Source: Candidatus Saccharimonadota bacterium (lineage in GTDB: Bacteria; Patescibacteriota; Saccharimonadia; Saccharimonadales; UBA4665). Taken from it: a stretch of DNA of 32,000 nt. Numbering within the stretch: position 1 is the stretch's first letter; every line of letters starts with the position of its first letter. A program made the position numbers and the translations under genes. A model generated the notes under the pieces. It searched no databases and was not told the DNA's origin. It saw nothing but the letters and a program-made list of their open reading frames with translations. Location: the NCBI GenBank assembly GCA_003516025.1, contig CP023991.1, positions 120,001 to 152,000 of the forward strand, in the 5' to 3' direction. Positions 1-8,231 of the stretch are shown here, piece by piece.

Positions 1-1818
1 GATGCCTCGATAATCGCTACTGCCTACTTTTCTAGTGTAACCAACGTCTCCCAGCGGATTAATCTGCGGTGGAACCCAAACACTGGCAACGGTTACCGGC
101 TGACGCTGACTCCGAGTTATAATGGTATCCAGTTGATGAAGGTCACCGCATATAATGAGACCGTTTTACAGGAACGATTCGACGTTATCTGGACCGCCAC
201 CACGGATTATAAGATTCGGATTGAGGCCGAAGGGTCCACGATCCGTGCTCGTCGGTGGCTGGCAAGCGCTACCGAACCAGCCACATGGGATGTAAGCGCC
301 ACCGACGCTACCTACGACAGCGGTGATGTGTCGCTGGTAACTGTTAATATGGATACCGCCGCCATCGCTACCGGTAACTGGGATGACGTTACTGTTACTA
401 CGATCACGTCTGTTCCGGCGCTTGCCGCAATTACTAATCCAGAGCGCGGATTTTTTTACTACACCGAAACCCACGAGCTTGCGGATGACAGCGGCCGCAG
501 CCCGCTCACAGAAGCGACGTTGACCACCGAACGCACCAGTAACGGGCGTACTCTGGTTTTTCGCTATTACGTTCTTGAGAAATACTTAGCAAGCAATACC
601 ATAGATCAGTCGTTCCTCAACTTTGTTGCTGCCGACCTGGCCGCCTGCCGCGCTGCCGGCGTGAAGATGATTTTGCGTTTTACTTACTCTACCTCTGGCA
701 ATATGACCCCGCCGTATAATGTAGACCCCCCTGTGGCGCGTGTAATTGGACATATCCAACAGCTTGCTCCTACGCTTAACGCCTATGCCGATATCATTGA
801 CGCTCTCCAAGCGGGTTTTATCGGCATGTGGGGTGAGTGGTATTACACAGACAACTTTGGCGATCTTGGCGTCGTTACTATACAGCAATGGTCTGACCGT
901 AAGGCCGTTGTAGATACTCTGCTTAACGAGCTAGATTCGCGTATCTTTGTACTTATACGCTACATCGGTGCCACTCGGCGTCTTATTGACGCCGAACCGT
1001 CGAATACAGCCTATGCCACTCGCCTTGGACACCATAACGACGCGTTCCTGGCCGACGCGCAAGACTGGGGTACTTACGAAACCTTTTCGAACGGGTATAC
1101 GGCGGCACAGAACCGGACCTGGCTGATGTCCCGGAACACCATTGGTCACTATCCACAGGGTGGGGAGTCGGCTAATTTGAACCCGCCCCGCTCGGATTAC
1201 AGCACTGCAGCAACGGAAATGTCTGATTATCGGTGGACTTTTCTTAATCCGATCTATCATCCGGACGTCCTGTCTTCCTGGGGTTCAACTGGTCAAGGCG
1301 ATGCCTCCGCTCGACTCGGCTACCGGCCCGCGCTGGTTTCGGCCACCGTTAGTACTACTAGCACGGCGGCTGGCGCGAACGTGTCCGTTTCCGTGCAGAT
1401 CCGCAACGATGGGTGGGCCGCTCCTTACCGGCCCCGCCCTTGGCAAGTCATGTTCGTTAACGGGTCAAATGTCATTATCCGGAGTCTGCCTGGCGACTTC
1501 CGTGACTTAACACCGGGCGGTACGACCACAATCACGGGGATAGTCGCGGCACCAACCAACGCGGGCGTCTATAGCGTACACCTTGCCATACCTGATGCGA
1601 CACCGTCATTGCAGAGCAACCCCGTCTTCTCGGTACGCCTTGCCGACACAACCTGGGACGCTGCCACGGGCCGCAACAGCCTCAATGCTAACCTTACGGT
1701 TGCTGGTACCGTCACACCAACACGCGTCGTTGATCGCTGGAGCGGCACTGCTCTGGTAAGGGTTCGTACCGATCGTTGGGACGGAGTAGATATTACTGAG
1801 ACTAACATTACGTCCTGA
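1..1818 (+). CDS. DUF4832/DUF4874-like putative glycoside-hydrolase-like secreted protein, 5'-truncated by window edge
   Basis: Frame 1 is open from base 1, with no stop before the track's internal TTG/ATG start at 133, so the gene begins upstream of the window. The central region carries GFIGMWGEWYY and HHNDAFL-type motifs that I associate with DUF4832-type proteins. The C-terminal ~150 aa look like an Ig-like beta-sandwich (ANVSVSVQIRNDGW...GVYSVHLAIPD). Family assigned from memory, not searched. Confidence 0.6.
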   Translation, partial: DASIIATAYFSSVTNVSQRINLRWNPNTGNGYRLTLTPSYNGIQLMKVTAYNETVLQERFDVIWTATTDYKIRIEAEGSTIRARRWLASATEPATWDVSATDATYDSGDVSLVTVNMDTAAIATGNWDDVTVTTITSVPALAAITNPERGFFYYTETHELADDSGRSPLTEATLTTERTSNGRTLVFRYYVLEKYLASNTIDQSFLNFVAADLAACRAAGVKMILRFTYSTSGNMTPPYNVDPPVARVIGHIQQLAPTLNAYADIIDALQAGFIGMWGEWYYTDNFGDLGVVTIQQWSDRKAVVDTLLNELDSRIFVLIRYIGATRRLIDAEPSNTAYATRLGHHNDAFLADAQDWGTYETFSNGYTAAQNRTWLMSRNTIGHYPQGGESANLNPPRSDYSTAATEMSDYRWTFLNPIYHPDVLSSWGSTGQGDASARLGYRPALVSATVSTTSTAAGANVSVSVQIRNDGWAAPYRPRPWQVMFVNGSNVIIRSLPGDFRDLTPGGTTTITGIVAAPTNAGVYSVHLAIPDATPSLQSNPVFSVRLADTTWDAATGRNSLNANLTVAGTVTPTRVVDRWSGTALVRVRTDRWDGVDITETNITS

Positions 1819-1912
1819 TTGGCATGGCTTGCCGCCCACAACTTAGTCCAGTCCTCCTAGTTGTCCAATGCGACTAGCAGGGGCCGCTCTAGATAATGTA
1901 AAACCTTAGGGA

Positions 1913-3373
1913 TTATATGCCGAACTGTGCTAACTGCACTGGCGTTAGAGGTTGAATCCGCAGTTTATGCAGCTTGGTTTCCATAAATGATTGCAAGATT
2001 TTGTAAGTATCGAGGTCAAAGGTTTTGCGGCGGTTAACAATAGCGACAACCGGTTCGCAGTATTCATCCTGGGCGACTTCGGCGACAACACACCACTGGT
2101 CAATAATTACGCCAGCTTTGGGGGCTTGGCTGTCAGTTGAAATCTCCTGTAGTAATATCGGTGAGCTGTAGGGCCATTCCCGGATGCGTTGGCGTTCAAA
2201 AGCCCGCAGCACGCGCTGATTGTAGCTTTCCGCGCTTTCTCTGCCGGCGCAGGCACCGCGGCATTTGTGGAGTTGGCTTAAGAAACAGGCACCTTTACTT
2301 TTTTCTAATCCTAAAAGTTTCGGGCAGAGTTCGTACATTTTTTGCAACTCGTTGAGATTGTCACGGGCCCGGCTGCGACGGACAAAAACCGCCAGCGTAC
2401 TGGATAGGTCTTCGGGTTCTAGCTGATGCGCTTCCTCAAGCGACACTGTTACGTAGCCGTTTTCGTCGTAAACAGACTTTGCGATTAACAACTTGTTTGT
2501 GCGGCGCAGCTTGCGGTTGTACAGCGGCTGCATCTGTTTAACCAGGTCGGATTCTAATAATAACGCGGCTAGTTCGCCGTCCGTAACCGTAAAGGAAATA
2601 TTTTTAATGGTTTGGGCAATTTTAAACTCTTTAGAGTCATCATGGTCATGTCCAAAGTGTTGCAGCACACGTTTGCGGATGTTGATGCTTTTGCCAATGT
2701 ACAGTGGCTTGCCAGCTTCATCCTCGAATATGTAAACGCCGGATGTTTCAGGCAAATCCTTGATCAGTTCACTGGGAATGTCTTTAGGCAGGGCAGGTTG
2801 GCGGATTTGTTTGGCAACTGCCATCTGTACGACATCGGCCGGGAATGATTGATGGACTTTCTGAATAAACTGCCACAAAACGTGAGCATCATCGTAAGCG
2901 CGGTGGCGGCTCTGATAGGTAAAGCCATGCCGGTTAATAAGGCTCTCCAGCTTATGGCTGCGCTCCTCAGGATAAAGCGCGCGCGATAACTTAACGGTGC
3001 ACAGTTGTTTTGGTAAGAATGTCCGCCCGGTGCGTTTGAATTCCTGCTTCAAAAAAGAGTAGTCAAAGCGGACATTGTGGGCTACGAACACAGCGCCCTG
3101 CAGGATGTCATACAGCTCGGCAGCGATTTGGTGAAAACTGGTGGCACCTTTGAGATCCTGATTGCGGATGCCGGTCAGGCTGGTAATGAAGGCGGGAATT
3201 TCCGATCCAGGATCAATTAGCTGGTTAAACGTGCGGGTGATCCGGCCGTTTTCCACGCGAATAGCCGCCACTTCGATGACGCGGCCACGGATATGGTTAA
3301 GTCCGTTGGTTTCGATATCCACGAACACCAACGGCTGCGCTAAAATTGGTTCCCCCACACTTGCCATTATCAT
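1913..3373 (-). CDS. DEDD (DnaQ/PolIII-epsilon-like) 3'-5' exonuclease fused to GIY-YIG / UvrC-N-terminal-like (Cho-like) nuclease
   Basis: Exo motifs VFVDIETNGLN, FVAHNVRFDYSFL and HRAYDDAHV. These are followed by GIY-YIG (SGVYIFEDEAGKPLYIGKSINIRKRVLQHF) and a UvrC-like Cys cluster (CFLSQLHKCRGAC). An alternative ATG lies 2 codons in (3367). Confidence 0.8.
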   Translation of the reverse strand: MIMASVGEPILAQPLVFVDIETNGLNHIRGRVIEVAAIRVENGRITRTFNQLIDPGSEIPAFITSLTGIRNQDLKGATSFHQIAAELYDILQGAVFVAHNVRFDYSFLKQEFKRTGRTFLPKQLCTVKLSRALYPEERSHKLESLINRHGFTYQSRHRAYDDAHVLWQFIQKVHQSFPADVVQMAVAKQIRQPALPKDIPSELIKDLPETSGVYIFEDEAGKPLYIGKSINIRKRVLQHFGHDHDDSKEFKIAQTIKNISFTVTDGELAALLLESDLVKQMQPLYNRKLRRTNKLLIAKSVYDENGYVTVSLEEAHQLEPEDLSSTLAVFVRRSRARDNLNELQKMYELCPKLLGLEKSKGACFLSQLHKCRGACAGRESAESYNQRVLRAFERQRIREWPYSSPILLQEISTDSQAPKAGVIIDQWCVVAEVAQDEYCEPVVAIVNRRKTFDLDTYKILQSFMETKLHKLRIQPLTPVQLAQFGI

Positions 3374-3518
3374 AAGTATAATACTATTGACGGGATATTG
3401 ACATAGAGATGCTAATGTTTTATACGGTTATGCTTACTTTAAACCACATATATGTTGCAATAGCGCTATGGACAGCGTATGATAGGCAAACAAAACAACA
3501 AAAATGTTATAAAACACA

Positions 3519-3546
3519 TTGACAAATAATCAAACTTGTGTATAAT
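3519..3546 (+). promoter_or_regulatory. sigma70-like promoter (TTGACA-16 nt-TATAAT)
   Basis: TTGACA at 3519-3524 and TATAAT at 3541-3546 in a very AT/CA-rich intergenic region. It faces the small ORF and terminator downstream. Confidence 0.5.
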
Positions 3547-3631
3547 AATAAGTGTTGTAACAACAAACAAAAACTATCAAAAAACAAAACCATGACGTCA
3601 AGGGCACCCAAACATAGAGGAGTACATACTA

Positions 3632-3721
3632 ATGAAAACTAAGAGCGGACTATCTTTCGAACTCATCGCTACCAGCGATCGGAGTATAGCCAAATTTGAT
3701 CGCTTTCTAAGCAAAATCTGA
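3632..3721 (+). CDS. 29-aa small ORF (MKTKSGLSFELIATSDRSIAKFDRFLSKI), unknown; alternatively part of a small RNA
   Basis: GAGGAG at 3617-3622 lies 9 nt upstream of the ATG. The ORF sits between a consensus promoter and a strong intrinsic terminator. It is too short for the ORF track, and I recognise no homology. Confidence 0.3.
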   Translation: MKTKSGLSFELIATSDRSIAKFDRFLSKI

Positions 3722-3740
3722 AGCTGTAACAGCTAATGAA

Positions 3741-3767
3741 AAGGCCCCGCTGCACGCGGGGCCTTTT
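3741..3767 (+). terminator. rho-independent terminator
   Basis: Perfect 8-bp GC stem GGCCCCGC/GCGGGGCC (3743-3750 / 3756-3763), a 5-nt loop, flanking AA/TT, then TTTT. Confidence 0.8.
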
Positions 3768-3837
3768 CGTGGGGCGGGGCAGGGAAACGCGTCGCTAGCG
3801 TTGCAACTTTCGCATGTATTCTATACCATAGTACTAG

Positions 3838-4593
3838 ATGATTATCAAACAATTGAAAGAGTGGACAAAAGGTGTCCGCCTCTATATCGCCCTTGCTGCC
3901 GTACTTATCGCCGCGGAAGTCTGGTGGTGGGCAACCGCTGTCTATGGATCAAGCAATCTGGCGACTATCAGAATGCAGGAAGTGTACGCCTGGCTGGCGC
4001 TGGGCTTGATGACCGTCGCAGTATTTATTGGCCCCACATTAAAGCTGTTCCCGAAATTACCGGGCAAAGGACTGCTTCGTGACGCCCGCCGTATGCTTGG
4101 TATCTCAGGCGCCGGTTTCGCGGCCCTACACGTAGGTATCGCTTATATAGCATTATTTAAACTGCCCAATCCGACTACGCTGGCTGACAGTTACCAAAAA
4201 GCATTTTTACTCGGAGCGGTGGCACTGGTTATTCTGCTGCTGATGGCATTCACGTCGTTCGATAGGGCGTTCCATAAAATGGGTATCTGGTGGTTCCGCT
4301 TGCACCGGTTGGTGTATGTAGCTTTGCTGCTGGCTCTGTTGCATGCTTTTATGATTGGGTCGCATGCCGTCGGCTGGCCGGCATTAATAACAGTAGCTTT
4401 AGCGGCGGTAGTGTTGCTGGCATTTCACGTCATTCTTATGCTGCGGCATGAACGTCCCGGTAATTTACAGGTAATCACTATCACTTATGCCGTACTGTTC
4501 GCTGCGGCCGTGCTTAACTATGGTTTGTCGCAGCATCTTGGATATAACATCCTGCTCAACAGCCATAAGGAAGATACGCATGTTGAAGGTTAG
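3838..4593 (+). CDS. ferric-reductase-like transmembrane heme-b protein (MsrQ/YedZ-like)
   Basis: Six predicted TM helices. ARRMLGISGAGFAALHVGIAY and WFRLHRLVYVALLLALLHAF resemble the conserved His-containing helices of E. coli MsrQ (recalled, not aligned). Confidence 0.65.
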   Translation: MIIKQLKEWTKGVRLYIALAAVLIAAEVWWWATAVYGSSNLATIRMQEVYAWLALGLMTVAVFIGPTLKLFPKLPGKGLLRDARRMLGISGAGFAALHVGIAYIALFKLPNPTTLADSYQKAFLLGAVALVILLLMAFTSFDRAFHKMGIWWFRLHRLVYVALLLALLHAFMIGSHAVGWPALITVALAAVVLLAFHVILMLRHERPGNLQVITITYAVLFAAAVLNYGLSQHLGYNILLNSHKEDTHVEG

Positions 4594-5122
4594 CCGAATC
4601 CTAAGCCTGTTTGTGGCGGCTACGGTGGCGTCGCTGAGTTGCTTCGTGCCTTCGGCCATGGCCCATGTCCAGGCAACGAGTAACGGTATCTCCGCCGTTA
4701 TGCATATTTTGCCGGACGATAACCCCGTTGCCGCTAAGCAAACGCTGGTTCAGTTTACTTTTGGTGGCTCCACTGGCGATTTGGACACTGCGAAGTGCGA
4801 TTGTACGTTGCAGGTGCGGCAGGCAAGCGAAACTGTGTCAACATATCAGCTGAAACCGCTCGAGGGTTCAAAAACCGTTGTCACGTCGCAATTGAGTTTC
4901 CCTAAAGAAGGAGTTTATGACCTGGTAGTGGCGGGCAATGCAGCTAAGCAGTTCTCTATACAGTTCGTTGTCAGGGTCGACGCGGCAGGTGGTACCGCCA
5001 ATGTAGCCGGTGGTGTTGATGTCATTTTTGTTAGCGTTGCTACCCTGGTGATTGTCGCCGTGCTCGGCTATTATGCGATTGCTGGCGGCGGGCGCTATAC
5101 TACTAGGACAACTTCTAAATAG
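4580..5122 (+). CDS. secreted, C-terminally TM-anchored protein with predicted mature N-terminal His (CopC/YcnI-like candidate Cu-binding protein)
   Basis: I moved the start from the track's 4487 to ATG 4580 (M32). AAGGAAG lies 6 nt upstream, and this removes a 107-nt overlap with the preceding gene. Signal peptide ends ...PSAMA|HV. The body is beta-rich and there is a C-terminal TM helix. Function is inferred from the N-terminal His and the YcnI neighbour. Confidence 0.55.
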   Translation: MLKVSRILSLFVAATVASLSCFVPSAMAHVQATSNGISAVMHILPDDNPVAAKQTLVQFTFGGSTGDLDTAKCDCTLQVRQASETVSTYQLKPLEGSKTVVTSQLSFPKEGVYDLVVAGNAAKQFSIQFVVRVDAAGGTANVAGGVDVIFVSVATLVIVAVLGYYAIAGGGRYTTRTTSK

Positions 5123-5136
5123 GATATTTACTGACC

Positions 5137-5748
5137 ATGATTCGATCTTTCATCTCACGTGTAGCATTGTTTGTAAGCGCAAGCTTCGTAATAGCGCCGC
5201 TGGCTAGTGCTCATGTGGTGGTTACGCCTCAAACGGCCGTAACAGCGACCCGCACTACATTTACCATGAGCGTTCCGAACGAAAAGGATATGGCGGTGAC
5301 AGGCTTAAAGCTGCAAGTTCCTGCCGGTATGCAGGAAGTGCAACCGACGGTACATGCCGGATGGTCGATCAACATTATCAAAGACGGTGACCAGGTGAGT
5401 GCTATTGAATGGACTGGCGGAGAAATTCCGGCTGGCCAACGTGATGATTTTACCCTTAAGGGTCAAACTCCTGAACAAACTGGCGAATTACAGTGGAAGG
5501 CTTACCAAACCTATGCCGACGGTACTACGGTAGCCTGGGATCAGGCGCCATCCACGGCTGAGGCTGAGGGTGAAAACAGTGGTCCGTACTCGGTAACCAA
5601 AGTAAGCGAAGAGCCTCCGGCCGAGCCTGCGGCCACTACTACGCAGACAACCAGTGGCACTTCCCGGGTCGCCTTAGCGCTCAGTGTAGTAGCGCTGGTG
5701 CTTGGTATCATGGCCCTGCAGCGCAGCCGTAAACCCGCCGCTTCTTAA
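5137..5748 (+). CDS. ycnI: YcnI/DUF1775 family copper-binding protein, C-terminally TM-anchored
   Basis: Signal peptide ...PLASA|HVVVTP gives a mature N-terminal His. The motifs TFTMSVPNE...GLKLQVP...WSI...IEWTGG...DDF...WKAYQTYADG are typical of DUF1775. A Thr/Pro-rich linker and a TM helix follow. Confidence 0.7.
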   Translation: MIRSFISRVALFVSASFVIAPLASAHVVVTPQTAVTATRTTFTMSVPNEKDMAVTGLKLQVPAGMQEVQPTVHAGWSINIIKDGDQVSAIEWTGGEIPAGQRDDFTLKGQTPEQTGELQWKAYQTYADGTTVAWDQAPSTAEAEGENSGPYSVTKVSEEPPAEPAATTTQTTSGTSRVALALSVVALVLGIMALQRSRKPAAS

Positions 5749-5770
5749 ACACAACAGGAAGAGTAGACGT

Positions 5771-7294
5771 TTAAGAAATCGGCAGGCTGACAGTAAAGGT
5801 TGAGCCATGGCCGGGTCTTGACCGCACGCTAACCGTGCCGCCATGCAAATCAACGATTTTCTTAACCCAGTACAGACCTAACCCGCTTCCGCCAACATGG
5901 ACTGACAACGGATTATCAATCCGCGAGAACTTGCGGAAGATCCGGTCTATGTCTGCTGTCGCTATGCCGACACCTTTGTCTTGAATGACGATGAGAGCTT
6001 TATGGGTAGTATGTTGCAATCGGACGCTGATACTTCTACCTTCGGGCGTATACTTACTGGCATTATCAACCAGGTTTTCCAGTACCATCCTGAGGCGGCT
6101 GGGATCAGCCATGACAGTAAAATTGGCTAACTGCGGCTTAAACGTTACGGTTTGTTCGCGGGCCGCGAAGCGCGACATTTGTTCATGGATAACGCTGGAA
6201 GTCAGCATCACCAGGTCAATCGGTTCTTTTTGTAACGCCACTTTACCGGCATCAACTTGCGCGACCTGTAAGAGGTCATTAACGATGGTTATCTGCCGCT
6301 CGTTGCTTTCATAGGCCTTTTGCAGAAATTTTCGCACCTTAGGAGAGACATTGCCCGCGTAACCCTCCAGTGCCATACCGATATATTGTTTGACACCGGT
6401 AGCAGGCGTGCGCAGCTGATGTGAGGCCAGGGATATGAATTCGTCTTTAGCATTATTGAGAGCGACCAATTGGGCGCTTTGTTCGGTCAGGGCCACGGTA
6501 AGCTGCTCAAGTTCTTTCTTGCGCTGGCTTGTCCGGCGGACGGAATCAATGTCGGTACTGGTACCGTACCATTTAGTAATCCTGCCGTGTTGGTCACGGA
6601 CGGCAATAGCCCGGCTGAGAAACCAGTGATAGCGTTTTGGGTGCCGTACGTCCCTAAAACGGTATTCGATTTGGTAATTGCGACCGCTTTTTACGGCGGA
6701 TTGCCAGGCGCGCTCACAGCGCTGCCGGTCATCGGGGTGAAGCATGGCCGCCCAGTCGTTGATACTGTTCTCGTGCGTGTAACCGGTGAAGTCGTACCAG
6801 CGTTCATTGCGGTAATCAATACGGCCGTCCGGGTTGGCGGTCCAGACCATTTGCGGCATAGAATCGGCCAGCTGCCTAAAACGCTCCTCGCTTTCCTTGA
6901 GGGCTGCCTGGGCCTTGCGTTGCCCGGTAACATCGCGGGCTGCCAGTTGAATGGCCTCTTGGCCCTCGTAATGTACCAGTGATGACACGACCTCCACGGT
7001 GATGACTTCGCCGTCGCAGCGGATGAACTTTTCCTCGACGACCGCCGTGTGGTCATTCTGTTGTTGATAAATTTCCATGACGCGCTGCTGCACTAACGCA
7101 TGCGAATCAGGATGTAGGAACCGCATGATGCTTTTACCGACCAGGTCTTCCGCGCTGTTCGCGGCCATCATGCGGACGGTCGCCTCATTAGCGAATACTA
7201 AAATTCCTTTGGCGTGGACGGCAATTGGCATAGGGGACAATTCAACTAACCGCCGGTAATCATCCCTGCTGTCGCTATTTGCTTTTGGTGCCAT
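5771..7294 (-). CDS. sensor histidine kinase, PAS-PAS(PAC)-HisKA-HATPase_c, cytoplasmic
   Basis: H-box SHQLRTP, N box DNASKYT, and G boxes DKGVGI and GGSGLGL. Two PAS-like regions lie upstream. I moved the start to M19 (ATG at 7294-7292), which is preceded by GGAGGGG with a 4-nt spacer. The track start at 7348 would overlap the divergent gene region. Confidence 0.85.
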   Translation of the reverse strand: MAPKANSDSRDDYRRLVELSPMPIAVHAKGILVFANEATVRMMAANSAEDLVGKSIMRFLHPDSHALVQQRVMEIYQQQNDHTAVVEEKFIRCDGEVITVEVVSSLVHYEGQEAIQLAARDVTGQRKAQAALKESEERFRQLADSMPQMVWTANPDGRIDYRNERWYDFTGYTHENSINDWAAMLHPDDRQRCERAWQSAVKSGRNYQIEYRFRDVRHPKRYHWFLSRAIAVRDQHGRITKWYGTSTDIDSVRRTSQRKKELEQLTVALTEQSAQLVALNNAKDEFISLASHQLRTPATGVKQYIGMALEGYAGNVSPKVRKFLQKAYESNERQITIVNDLLQVAQVDAGKVALQKEPIDLVMLTSSVIHEQMSRFAAREQTVTFKPQLANFTVMADPSRLRMVLENLVDNASKYTPEGRSISVRLQHTTHKALIVIQDKGVGIATADIDRIFRKFSRIDNPLSVHVGGSGLGLYWVKKIVDLHGGTVSVRSRPGHGSTFTVSLPIS

Positions 7295-7402
7295 ACACCC
7301 CTCCGCTAGTATAGGGACCATTATGGGGTAAAGCAGGCCAGAATGCACCTAAGTCATAAAAATTTCACATTTACACAAGGTTTAAGCGTGTACACTGCAA
7401 TT

Positions 7403-8056
7403 ATGATAAAAGGAATCTTACTCGACGTTGATGGCACGCTCGTAGCAAGCAACGGCGCTCACGCGCATGCCTGGGTGGACGCATTCGCGCAATATGGTTA
7501 TGAGGTGCCTTTCGAGGAGGTACGCCGTTTAATAGGCATGGGCGGTGACAAACTCATTTCGTCAATCCGTCCTGACCTCGATGAAGAGGAAGGTGACGGC
7601 AGACTTGTAAAAGAGGCCCGCACTAAAATATTCCTCGACAAATACGCGCCGGAACTGCAGCCGACTCATGGTGCCCGGGGTCTGGTACTGGAACTGCAAA
7701 AACGTGGGCTGCGGACCATAGTGGCCAGCTCGTCAAAGCAGGACGAACTCGAAGTACTTTTAAAAGCTGCTGGCGTCGACGAACTGTTAACAGAAGCGAC
7801 CACCTCAGATGACGCCGAAAGCTCCAAACCGGATCCGGATATTTTACAGGTGGCCATGGACAAGATCGGCCTTGATATTGACGAAGTACTGATGATTGGT
7901 GATACGCCGTACGATATAGATGCCGCCATAGAAGCTGGCGTGCACTGTGTAGCTGTGCGTTCTGGCGGCTGGGACGATGCCGATCTGGACGGCGCGACCG
8001 CCATATTTAACGATCCAGCGGATTTGCAGGCGCATCTTGACAACGTCCTCGCGTAA
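7403..8056 (+). CDS. HAD-IA family phosphatase (PGP/beta-PGM-like)
   Basis: Motif I LLDVDGTL, motif II SS(S), and motif III/IV K...GDTPYDIDAA. Start chosen at M21 (MIKGILLDVDGTL), because HAD motif I normally sits within about 10 aa of the N-terminus. Confidence 0.8.
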   Translation: MIKGILLDVDGTLVASNGAHAHAWVDAFAQYGYEVPFEEVRRLIGMGGDKLISSIRPDLDEEEGDGRLVKEARTKIFLDKYAPELQPTHGARGLVLELQKRGLRTIVASSSKQDELEVLLKAAGVDELLTEATTSDDAESSKPDPDILQVAMDKIGLDIDEVLMIGDTPYDIDAAIEAGVHCVAVRSGGWDDADLDGATAIFNDPADLQAHLDNVLA

Positions 8057-8060
8057 ATAA

Positions 8061-8092
8061 AAAGACTCCCATTCATGGAGTGGAAGTCTTTT
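8061..8092. terminator. hairpin plus T-run downstream of the HAD gene, A-tract on the other side (possibly bidirectional)
   Basis: AAAGACTCC...GGAGT/AGTCTTTT: imperfect stem alternatives followed by TTTT. The stem is not perfect. Confidence 0.4.
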
Positions 8093-8105
8093 GGTGTGGA
8101 CGAAT

Positions 8106-8128
8106 TGGTAGCCATCAATAGAACCAGT
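8106..8128 (-). repeat. degenerate copy of the tRNA(CAU) 3' end (candidate island boundary, att-like)
   Basis: TGGTAGC (8106-8112) plus TAGAACCAGT (8119-8128) compares with TGGTAGC (17225-17231) plus TTGAACCAGT (17243-17252). Order and orientation are the same. The segment between the two blocks is 5 nt shorter and divergent. Confidence 0.45.
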
Positions 8129-8231
8129 TGGAACTTAATTAAGGCAGAACTGATTAACATGGCTGATATTGTCACCAGATACCAACAGGAGGTATCAGCG
8201 GTTAGCTTAAGCGGGCGTAGTTGAACCCCTA

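Noticed and set aside
3439-3448. A DnaA-box-like TTAAACCACA in the AT-rich gap, considered as a possible oriC.
   Set aside because: It is a single degenerate box (7 of 9 to TTATCCACA). There is no cluster of boxes, and no dnaA or dnaN nearby.
4487-4579. The N-terminal 31 codons of track ORF 4487..5122.
   Set aside because: They would overlap the MsrQ-like gene by 107 nt. An internal ATG at 4580 has an SD and is followed immediately by a signal peptide.
6470-6982. A 170-aa plus-strand ORF.
   Set aside because: It is antisense to the PAS region of the histidine kinase.
7666-8175. A 169-aa minus-strand ORF spanning the HAD gene's 3' half and the intergenic region.
   Set aside because: It is antisense to a well-supported HAD phosphatase. 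It is Ser-rich and low-complexity, and it crosses the terminator and the att-like repeat.
8105-8175. Inverted repeat AGCCATCAAT...ATTAACATGGCT, considered as a possible tRNA or tRNA pseudogene.
   Set aside because: I could not build a cloverleaf on either strand: there is no D-arm or T-arm, and the span is too short. It is kept only as a degenerate tRNA-3'-end-like repeat marking the island edge.
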